Assembly: GCA_020536535.1 (NCBI GenBank)
Contig: JAHLWZ010000530.1
Span: 62,001 to 126,000 of the forward strand
Reading direction: 5' to 3'
Source: Pelomyxa schiedti
Taxonomy: Eukaryota; Protista; Evosea
Length of the DNA: 64,000 bases
The position numbers and the translations under genes are program-made. Within the stretch, counting starts at the first letter, position 1, and every line of letters starts with the position of its first letter. The notes under the pieces are model-generated. The model made no database searches. It was not told the origin of the DNA and saw nothing but the letters and a program-made list of their open reading frames with translations. Of the stretch, positions 54,967 through 64,000 are shown piece after piece.

Positions 54967-56402
54967 ATGAGCGGCGGTGTAATGAGCTGGCTGTCTGCGT
55001 CGGCGTCCTCGGCTTCGTCGTCCATCTCTGGGGCAGTGGATTTCAGCAGCATACCGAACTGCCCTGCGTCGGCTGGATACCACTGGGCCAGCACGTCCAC
55101 GGTTTCGTTCGCGAGCGGGCTCGTGAGCCTGGTGCTGGCGTGTCTGTCTGCGTGGAACTACAACGCCATTGTTGTCGACGGGTGGGTTCTTCTCTCACGT
55201 CGTATATATTTTCTTTTCCCTAGTTCCCCCTCGCCTATCATGAATGACACCATTTTGTTTTTGAAAAAAAAAAGAACCAAATTGAGGCCCCCGGGCATCT
55301 CCAACACTGTTTGGATAGTATTTTTCGTGTCTTCATCCATATGGTATATATTAGCGCGATTGATTCTTCACTTACACTGAAACTAGTGGAATATTGCGGG
55401 GGTTATATATGTGCCTGGGGTATGGCAGAGACATTTTTGCGGATACAACTGAATTGCTATCAAATATATTTGAGGCTCTAGCAATACTCCTGGCGTCACT
55501 CGCGGTAGATTTCCAGCGTAGATTCAAATCATCAAGTGATTCCAATTTCAGTCAACGGTGATTAATAACTCTACCTAAGAGCTATTTTTGGGAGAGGAAT
55601 CAGCCAAACTTGTGCCCCAAAAAAAACCTGTAATGACTTGGCAGCGTAAACTTATAAGATTGCCATGTGGCGTGCACTGCCAAATGCTCACCATCTCCGA
55701 GATAGTATTCATTCTTTGCACTCTGCAGTTTCTCATTTTTCTCATGGTGAACCAAATACTAGAGTGTGTTTTTGGTGTGTTGTGGATAATTCCCATATGC
55801 CCCTTCCTTTTTCCCTCTTTGCTTTATGGAGTTTTGCTGTTGTGTACTTTGCGATGTTAACATCGTACAAGCAGCTCGGATGGTGGCATAATGTGGATTT
55901 ACTACATTTCTGAAGCTGTGGCCAGCCTTCCAATTAGTACATTCCCTACCTTTTTTTCCCCTTCAAAACTTTACCAATTTCCAGTTGTTGTAACAGTCCT
56001 TGTGGTGATCCAAAGACCGGTAAAAATTGGACCTTCTATCACTTCCAGAATATTGCTGTGCGGTGGAACAGCCCTTTTGCTTGTTACACTGTCACCTGCT
56101 CTAACCTGGGCCTTGATATTACCTTGTATCATTACCTCGATCACTAGTTAACCTCTTACTTGAAAAAAGCAGAATGCATGCCGCATGCCTCGTTCATGAG
56201 TTGGTTTGATGTCATTGTTGGATTCTCTCTCCTGGGACTTGTTTTTTTCTTCTTTTTCCTGAGGGCAGAGTACTTCCGGCAACACAGAGAGTACACTCTG
56301 CACTTTGTTCTTGGTGGGAAGGTACGGTACTTCATACATCACACTTACAACTAATCCACCGAATTCCAATAGGCCGGCTGCTCAATTACAAATTTTGAAT
56401 AG
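54967..56402 (+). CDS. Seven-transmembrane protein of unknown family
   Basis: About seven hydrophobic segments across the exons, from VSFASGLVSLVLACLSAW to WFDVIVGFSLLGLVFFFFFLRAEY. Confidence 0.7.
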
Positions 56403-56523
56403 GCACAAAGCACCCAACAACTCTGGAACCCAAACTTGTACACATAACAACCCAATCCTCTGCTGCACTTTTTTTTTTTAATCTTTTCAATTTTCCTTCC
56501 ACGAACCAGGACAAAAAGAAAAA

Positions 56524-58380
56524 ATGGAATCTGATGTAACAGATGCATTTGTAGGCTGCTCAGGGCTCAGCGGCGACTCCCCAGCCGCCGCGCGAGCACC
56601 GCCGAGCACGAGCACAACCACCAGCGCCACCTACGCGACGAGCACGAGCGCCGCCGCGGCCCCCCGCCCGAGCGGCGGCGACGACTCAGCCACGCACGAC
56701 CAGATGGCCGAGGACGAGCTGGCCGAGTTCCTGCAGGCAATCCCGGGACCCCAGGAGGAGGCGGATGCGGAGGGGGAGGGGGGCCTCGGGGGTCGAGATA
56801 CGGCGGCGGCTGCTGCGGCGCAGCAGGCGGCGAGGGCGAGGGGCAAGAAGAGGTGGCGGTGCTGCGGGGTGGCGCCGGCGCGGGGGGGAGGGGCCAGGGG
56901 CGAGTGCGCGGTGGGGAGCGTGGAGACCCTGGGCGCCCGGCTGCAGGGCATCCTGGCGCTGGTGCACCGCTTCCACCTCAGAGTCCACCGCTGCCCTCGT
57001 TTCTACTTGCCCAGGGGGGGGCTTAGCGAGGCGGGAGCGGGAGGGGGCGGGGCGGGGGCCGACTTGCAGCTGTATTGGATTAGAGTGTGCACCTGCGAGC
57101 ACCCGGGAACCGTGGTGGTTCCTGGGGACGTGCACACTGTCGTGGTGGTGTGTGAGCGCGATGGCTGCCCGACTTTCTTGCTGTATGAGTGCGGCGGTTC
57201 GGCGCGGTTCTCGCCTTTTACGATGCAGCAGCCGCGGAATTCCTCCGCTTGTAGTTCTGGAGTTCTATCTAGGATGTGTGTGAGGGACAGGATCGTGCTG
57301 GAGGCTATTTGCCTGGCACTCAGATGCACCTTGGTTGGTGAGGATGTGACACTCCACGAGAGGCTCCCCGGTGACGAGACAATAGTGGAGATGTTGGCCC
57401 TTCTTATTGATAAGTTGGTTCTTCCTCCGCAACCACCAATAGAATTACTTGCAAACCCTCCACGGTTTTCTGTCACCAATGAAATGGGCGACCAAGAACA
57501 AATTAACTCTGACACAGATTGTAACCTAAGCTTCATTCCCTCACCACCACTCTCACTACCACCCACACCTCAAACCCCCGCACCAAGGCACACTATCCGG
57601 TCTACGACCACTCCTGTTGTCACGCCATTTTCAATGCAAACACTCATATCCAGCAACGCCCCCTCCCCAATGTCAACATCACTCTTAACTCCAATGTTAA
57701 TGTCACCCCCGGCGTCAGCTCCGATGTCAATTATAGCACAAACCCCGATGTCACATAAAACATCTCTCCTCTGTCAGGACACACCAATGCACGCGACATC
57801 CACCTCAATCATCAGCGGTGAGATTGACCACCCACAACCGGCAATCCCGCCACCAACCCCAGTCACCACAACGACTACCACGAGCACTACTTCCCAATCG
57901 ACTGCACCTCGCGCCCCACTTCGCCTAAGATTAGCTCTCCCACCACACAACACACCGGCCCCGGCACTTCTGCTTCGGCATACCCCAATTTTCCCACAGG
58001 CATCACAGCTTCGCGCCTCTCTCTCACAACCCCAACAACAACAACAGCAGCCAAAATGGCTCAAAATGCTCGAGAAATTCGCCGCCTCCACGCACCAATC
58101 CCACACAAATGACAACAATCACCCAACATCAACAACAACAACATCCACATCCACATCATCAGAAGATGACCCCCTCGAGTGTATTAGTGTATCTGTAACA
58201 AGCGAGCTCCGCGTCGAAGAGCTCCGCGTACCCATAAGTGTGCGAGTCAGCATCGAGGCTCCCTGCGTAGCCCAAGCGCTTGTTGATTGCTACAAAAGTG
58301 GAGCTCTGCCCAAGCCTCACAATACACTCCTTGTGGCCTGTGAGGAGCAGTACTCCAATCCCAAAAACAAATCCAGTTGA
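56524..58380 (+). CDS. Intronless hypothetical protein with Cys/His-rich domain and Pro/Thr-rich region
   Basis: 618-aa ORF with a GC-rich 5' part; no recognised family. Confidence 0.7.
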   Translation: MESDVTDAFVGCSGLSGDSPAAARAPPSTSTTTSATYATSTSAAAAPRPSGGDDSATHDQMAEDELAEFLQAIPGPQEEADAEGEGGLGGRDTAAAAAAQQAARARGKKRWRCCGVAPARGGGARGECAVGSVETLGARLQGILALVHRFHLRVHRCPRFYLPRGGLSEAGAGGGGAGADLQLYWIRVCTCEHPGTVVVPGDVHTVVVVCERDGCPTFLLYECGGSARFSPFTMQQPRNSSACSSGVLSRMCVRDRIVLEAICLALRCTLVGEDVTLHERLPGDETIVEMLALLIDKLVLPPQPPIELLANPPRFSVTNEMGDQEQINSDTDCNLSFIPSPPLSLPPTPQTPAPRHTIRSTTTPVVTPFSMQTLISSNAPSPMSTSLLTPMLMSPPASAPMSIIAQTPMSHKTSLLCQDTPMHATSTSIISGEIDHPQPAIPPPTPVTTTTTTSTTSQSTAPRAPLRLRLALPPHNTPAPALLLRHTPIFPQASQLRASLSQPQQQQQQPKWLKMLEKFAASTHQSHTNDNNHPTSTTTTSTSTSSEDDPLECISVSVTSELRVEELRVPISVRVSIEAPCVAQALVDCYKSGALPKPHNTLLVACEEQYSNPKNKSS

Positions 58381-58473
58381 ACTCTTTTGCATCGTAAAAA
58401 AGAACAAACTCGGAACGAACAAAAGCAAAGTTACAAGCAAGCCAAACACCGGAAAACCCTCAAACAGCGCGTT

Positions 58474-61253
58474 ATGGGTGCCCTTGTTACCTTGTGCTTG
58501 GTTGTTTTGGGTGTGGTTTTGTTGGACCTATGCCGAGCAGTTTTGGTGTCAAAGAGAAAGTGGAGTTATATTGTTGACTCCACAAACAAAGTTCTAAGGG
58601 GGTGTGGTTCTAGGCTGTGTTGCAGAAACATTAATGTAAGACATCATGAGCTTTTGTTGGTTTTTTTTTTTTTTGTTTCGCGGTCACAGCATTGCACACT
58701 TGTCTTTCCTTTTAAAAATATATCTTTTCAGGGAAAAAAGTTGTGTGAGCCTGTGCAGAGTAGTGGGGCAAAAACGAGTTATGAAGTTTTTTGGGAGACT
58801 GTTCGTGCATCTCCCGATAAGCCTGGTTTTGGTACCAGGCGAATTCTACAAACTCACTCTGCGGTTTGACTAACACTCTCACTTTTTCAGTGCTTTTTAT
58901 TTCTCACACCTAAATAGGTTATTGACGGAAAGCCCATAACAAAGTACGAAGTCTCTCCATTTGAGTGGATGACATACAAGAAAGCTGGGGAAACGGTGAC
59001 TGCTCTCGGCAGTGGACTTATTGCAGCAGGAGGAAAACAAGGTGACATTGTTGGATTCTTCTGTGATACATGTATGGAGTGGACGTTGCTTCTTCAGGCA
59101 CTTTATACCCAAGGCCTCATTGCTGCAACAATCTACGCCAACTTAGGAGTGGAGGGTGTCGCCCACATTGTTGCAATCACAGAGATGAAATTTTTGTTTA
59201 CATCTGCAGAGTTCTTGGATATTGTATGATATTTTCCAAAATATGGTGATAAAAATAGCATGACAGTAGTTTTGGTGATTAACTAACAGGATATTGTTAT
59301 GGTAGTGTAGATTTTGCAAGTTCTGGATATTTGTCCCAGCAACCATCTACAAACATTGATAATAAAAGGAACTGCGGATCAAAGTAAAGTTGACCAGCTC
59401 AATTCCAGGGGAATCCGAGTTGTTGTGTATGAAGAGTTAGAGGTGCTGGGCAAGAGCAACTTACTCGCCCATAATCCACCAAATCCATCTGATGATGCAA
59501 TGATAATGTACCAGGCGACATTTTTTCAATTCCCCACTTAAACAATTATAGATTCACCAGTGGAACCATGAGTAACCCAAAGGGTGTAATTCTAAATCAT
59601 AGCAATATACTTGCAGGAGGCATTCCTCCTGAGCATGCACTGGAACTAGGACATGATACTGATGACACCTTCTTAGCCTTTTTACCTGCTGCACACATTT
59701 TTGAGATTTCTGTAGAAAATTCGATGATAGGTCACCAGTGTAAAATTGGCTATGGAGTGAGGAATATAGTTTCTTTCGAAAAACTCATCAATTTGACAGA
59801 CTAGACGAACTTTAACCGATGAGTTTATGAGTAATTGTATCGGCGATTTCCGCGAGCTTGCACCCACAATCGTTGTTGGGGTTCCTTTAATTTTCGAGAA
59901 GCTGAGGAAAGGCATCCTCACGAAAATTCACCGTTCACCACTTCCTGTGCAAATTATGTTCCGAACAGCTCTTGGAATTAAGCTCCGACTTATTGGTTAT
60001 CTTTTCGCATTCAATCATTCAGGCTCTCTCACGTCACACAGGAAGATTGCGCCATACAATTCTTTCTCGTGTTGTCTGTACATGCCTCGACAAGATTTTA
60101 TTCCTGAAAATAAAGGAAGCAGTAGTTGGACATCGGTTGCGTGCTTGTGTCAGTGGAGCTGCTTCTCTCTCCCCTGAGACACAACGGTTCCTAGTGGCCT
60201 GCCTGTGCTGCCCTGTTGTTGCCGGGTATGGATTGACTGAAACCTCGGCTATTGTCAGCATTCAACACCCAGACGACCTTTCTTTTGGAAGGTGCGGTGC
60301 TCCAGCTTGTACCACGGGCGAGTTACACTCTCTTAATTAGTAGTACTAACGATTGGTGTAGATGTGAAATTAATTGATGTGCCTGAGCTTAATTATACCA
60401 GCCGCAGCGTTCCATATCCTTGTGGTGAAATCGCGTCCAAAGGGCACCAAATTGCGAGAAGCTACTATAAATTGCCGCAAGAAACGTAGGCATAACTTAA
60501 TCACATGTACCTAATTAGTTTCAGTGCAGAGTCCTTCCTTCCTGATGGATGGTTCCTCACAGGTGACATCGGCCGAGTACAAGCCCTTTTAGTTGACTTT
60601 CACATCTAACAACTTCTTATAGTTGCACCCAGATGGAACTATTGAAGTAATTGACAGGAAGAAGAACGTTGTCAAGTTGGCACATGGAGAGTACATTCCG
60701 TAAGCATTCAAAAATTGCCCTCCTCTCAAATCTAACCAACAGAGCAGATTGGAGCACATTGAGAAATCCTACTCTCGGAGCTCTTTCGTAGATAATTTCT
60801 GTCTATATGCAACTAGTAGACATGAATTTGCTGTAGGTATCGCGGTACTCTCAAAATCGCGAGTCGAGAGCCTTTTGGGGCAAAAATTCCTGACAGCTGA
60901 GGAGTTTTCTCTAGCCTCCAAACGATCAGAAGTAGTTAGGTCTGTTACCTCCTCACTCCAAAGAGCTGCTGAGGAAGCCAAAGTACTTTTTAGCACATCA
61001 CTGTCCACCCTTTCCAATTCACCCTCCACTTTTTAAAATTAGATAGCAAAGAATCATAGAGCACGAGCGTTCTGCCTAACCACTGACGAATGGACTGTGG
61101 AGAGTGGAATGCTCACGGCTGCAATGAAACTAAAGAGACCCAGTATCGCCTCCCACTATGCAACCCAAATCAAGGTTCCCAAACACAACCAGCAACCAAA
61201 TCACACTAACATACACTAAGGCTGCCTATGACTCCATTTCCTCTTCCCTTTGA
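58474..61253 (+). CDS. Long-chain fatty acyl-CoA synthetase
   Basis: N-terminal TM; FTSGTMSNPKGV, FLPAAHIFE, GYGLTET, GWFLTGDIG, IDRKKNVVKLAHGEY. Confidence 0.95.
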
Positions 61254-61362
61254 AAACCCCGGGTACTCCACGCAAAAATTCGTTGGTACGTGCCCTTAAA
61301 AGAACAAACCGTTTGGACGGAAAGGAAAATCAAACGATTTTCAAAAGAAACCAAACAAAACA

Positions 61363-62121
61363 ATGGTGAAGGTTGTTGCAGTACTCGGTAGCCCACGACC
61401 ACAGTCCAACAGCACAAAATTGGCCCGAAAGGCACTGGAGGTGTGCAAGGCCAATGGTGCCGAAACTGAGGAGTTCATCCTCTCCCACATGCCGATGAAG
61501 GGGTGAGTGAGCCCATTTTTTTTTGTTTTGGTTTCTTTTCATTAATTAACTATTGCTTGGTGCCTAAAACATTGTGGTGTTCGTTTGTTTTTTTAAATTT
61601 TCGAAAACAAAAAGGTGCTTGCATTGCGGAGGGTGCAAGACAAATGGCGGGAGGTGCGTTATCACCGACGAATTTCAGCGTGTGATCAACGCCGTTGTAG
61701 CTGCTGATGCTGTTATTTTCACCACACCAGTCTACTGGGGAGACTGCAGCAGTTGGTTCAAGGTACACCCCCAAATCTTTGTGTCATAAGAAGCTGACCC
61801 TTTTTAGCTCTTCTGGGACAGAAACTACTGCTTCATGAGGCCCGACTTCACGTCCACACTCCCTCCTGGCAAGAAACTGATGTTCATTGTCACCCAAGGT
61901 GCTCCTGATCCCAACATGTTCAAGGTCAGCCTCCTCCCATTTCGTTTTTTGTGTCCTTCTTACATTGTGCGCAGGCCATGGTTGACAGGTTCAGCCACTC
62001 CTTCAAGTGGATCGGCTTTGATGTTGTTTCGACACACCTCTTCGGGGGTCTCAACACACCAAACACTGTCACGCCTGAACAAATGGCTGAAGTGGCTGCA
62101 GCAGCACCCAAGTTACTCTAA
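61363..62121 (+). CDS. Iron-sulfur flavoprotein (NADPH-dependent FMN reductase / flavodoxin-like fold)
   Basis: VLGSPRPQSNS, compact Cys motif GCLHCGGCKTNGGRC, ADAVIFTTPVYWG; three introns. Confidence 0.9.
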
Positions 62122-62209
62122 CAACACCCCGCTGAGGAGATTGAACAAAATTAGTTGAAAAATCTATGGTTGTTTGAAAAGAACCAGCCACTCCTCAACA
62201 ACAATTAAT

Positions 62210-64000
62210 TTATTGGTTTCTTACATCCAAAGTGAACAACAGGGCAGAAGAGTCCTCAACGAGCACACCAAAGTGGCTGAATTCCTTCTCTGTTGTACGG
62301 CCGAAGTTCACAACGCACCTGCACCCCACCACAACAACAGGCGCGCTTCCTGTTACCTTCTTCCTCCCCATGTCTCTTACTCTTGCTTGCACTCTGTAGG
62401 ATCCAGCCTGTGCCGTCTTGAGAGTGTACTCCCATGGGCCCATCCCAACCGAACTTCCTCCTGACATCCTCCCACCAATTGCAGTGTGATTGTGCCACAT
62501 GCTGCAACACTCACCCGATGGTTCGGTAACCTTCATTTCAACGTCATAGTCCTCACAGTGAGCCCACATTATCACACGGAAATCGAGTTCCGGCACAGAA
62601 GAAAGCCCTTCTTGATCATAGGATTGACTTGGTATTGAAGGGTTTGATGAGGCCGTATGGCAAATCAAATCCAACTTTGCACTAACCTGCAGACCAAGGT
62701 TAGCCGGCTTGCACCTTGTCTCACCTGAAGCCATGGATTGCAGAACTGATACTGCTTCAGCAACAGCACCGCTGCTTCTGTCATTTCTCGATTCTTGCAT
62801 TCTCATGCAAGTAATGGCAGCATGATATGAATATTGCGGCTGCAATTTTCTCAGAGAAGAAGAAGCCCTCCACGCTTTGTGAGCTTGTGTCCACATCCCC
62901 AGTGCTTGGAATACTGTTCCAAGAGCACACAACGGCTGAACCTCACCAGGGAAGTGCTCCGCAATATTGCTGAGAACCCGGCATGCAGCCTCCCACTGAC
63001 CAAGTGAGGAAAGGTACAGTGCACTCCCAATGATAAACGCATAAATTGGCTGACCTATCTGAATCACATAGTTATACAGGTTTGGATACATCCGAAGCAA
63101 AGATGAAATGTCTTGGGTTCCTTGGCGTGAGAGTAAGTTGGAGCAGCTGGGAGCACACTGTGTGGCTGAAGTGAGTCTATAAGCAACAACTTTTCTCCCA
63201 AACGGGCTCTCAATCTCCATCCGGCCGTTTTGCTCTGGTACATTGCCCGCATAGCCAGGGGTAACATCGTCATCAAGACTTCTTCTCTTCAGAGGCATTT
63301 GGCTAAGCTCATCACCGAATATATCTGTCCGTTTTGCTGCGAAAGACTGTAGGTTAAGGCTACATATATGTGCGCTGGAGATGCGTGGTGCGGAAGTGAC
63401 CTGGCAATAGCTCTCATCAATTGGTAATAGACATGTTTGGATGTCAGAACCAGTGCTGGTGCTGTTACCAACAGTTCCTCTTGGAGGGGAAACAGTATTA
63501 CAACGAGACCTTTTCCCCCCTCTACGACGACTCTTTGGTTGTACTTCGGGGGGCGGCGTGATTTGCTCTCTGCTTCTTTCATGTGCTAAAAAGAATTTTT
63601 CAGCTTGGTGAAGGCTCGCTGTGTGCCATGATTTCTTTGAAAGGAAGTTTTCTTGTATTGGGAGTCGTTGTGGTTGAGGGGTGAAAACAGGCCGGTCATC
63701 AATATCCTGGCTATATCTGGCCAATAGTGCATCACTCCTTGTTGTGAAACCCACAGCACCACGCCCCAGTGAGGCTTTGTATCCAGGAGGGGGTGTTTGT
63801 GATGCCCATCGAGAAGACGGAGCTGGCATTATTGTTGGAGGATGGTAGGCTTCTGTTGTGTCAGACAACATGCAAAGAACCTCCGCATTACTAGGAAGGC
63901 TTCTTTCCTGGGGAGGACCGACATCAGACCCATCTGCAAAGTCAAATTTGTATCCTCGGCCAGAGTAGCCATACGGTTTATACTCTCCCGAATCCCGCTC
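62210..64000 (-). CDS. TPR + C-terminal YfaP/DUF2135-like protein (5' end beyond the window)
   Basis: The frame is open from 64000 to 62210. TPR-like helices, then DFRVIMW..DVEMKVTEPSGECC..HTAIGGRMS..GMGPWEYTLKTAQAGSYRV. Confidence 0.8.
   Translation of the reverse strand, partial: ERDSGEYKPYGYSGRGYKFDFADGSDVGPPQERSLPSNAEVLCMLSDTTEAYHPPTIMPAPSSRWASQTPPPGYKASLGRGAVGFTTRSDALLARYSQDIDDRPVFTPQPQRLPIQENFLSKKSWHTASLHQAEKFFLAHERSREQITPPPEVQPKSRRRGGKRSRCNTVSPPRGTVGNSTSTGSDIQTCLLPIDESYCQVTSAPRISSAHICSLNLQSFAAKRTDIFGDELSQMPLKRRSLDDDVTPGYAGNVPEQNGRMEIESPFGRKVVAYRLTSATQCAPSCSNLLSRQGTQDISSLLRMYPNLYNYVIQIGQPIYAFIIGSALYLSSLGQWEAACRVLSNIAEHFPGEVQPLCALGTVFQALGMWTQAHKAWRASSSLRKLQPQYSYHAAITCMRMQESRNDRSSGAVAEAVSVLQSMASGETRCKPANLGLQVSAKLDLICHTASSNPSIPSQSYDQEGLSSVPELDFRVIMWAHCEDYDVEMKVTEPSGECCSMWHNHTAIGGRMSGGSSVGMGPWEYTLKTAQAGSYRVQARVRDMGRKKVTGSAPVVVVGCRCVVNFGRTTEKEFSHFGVLVEDSSALLFTLDVRNQ

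Overview
Gene-dense, intron-rich eukaryotic DNA. It has short GT-AG introns, short intergenic gaps and one 100-N scaffold gap at 11996-12095. The gene content suggests an anaerobic amoebozoan (Archamoebae, Pelomyxa-like): an Entamoeba-type transmembrane kinase, an iron-sulfur flavoprotein, SEL1-kinase genes and 'HPRCG' family genes. That assignment is inference. About 23 genes can be reconstructed by hand-splicing: a SEL1-kinase, a STE20/PAK-like kinase, an ankyrin protein, a truncated serine carboxypeptidase, a PRMT, a RhoGEF, an SMPD4-like protein, a kinase with 16 SEL1 repeats, TFIIE-alpha, a multidomain Cys-less pentameric ligand-gated ion channel, OSCA/TMEM63, a signal-peptide sHSP, an EGF/CUB receptor kinase, a TRAPPC12-like protein, a large repeat surface protein, G-alpha, a 7TM protein, acyl-CoA synthetase, ISF, a TPR-YfaP/DUF2135 protein and several orphans. 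The three most unusual items are: (1) a pLGIC spliced in frame behind a pseudo-PCMT methyltransferase fold and a SAM domain, with no signal peptide; (2) a PINK1-like kinase carrying a homogenised 108-bp SEL1 array whose variation is largely confined to one helix and looks combinatorially shuffled, as in a candidate immune-type receptor; (3) a bacterial-type YfaP/DUF2135 protein carrying short motifs that resemble the spliceosomal proteins Prp6 and Prp5/DDX46. All exon boundaries and family calls were made by eye, without database searches.
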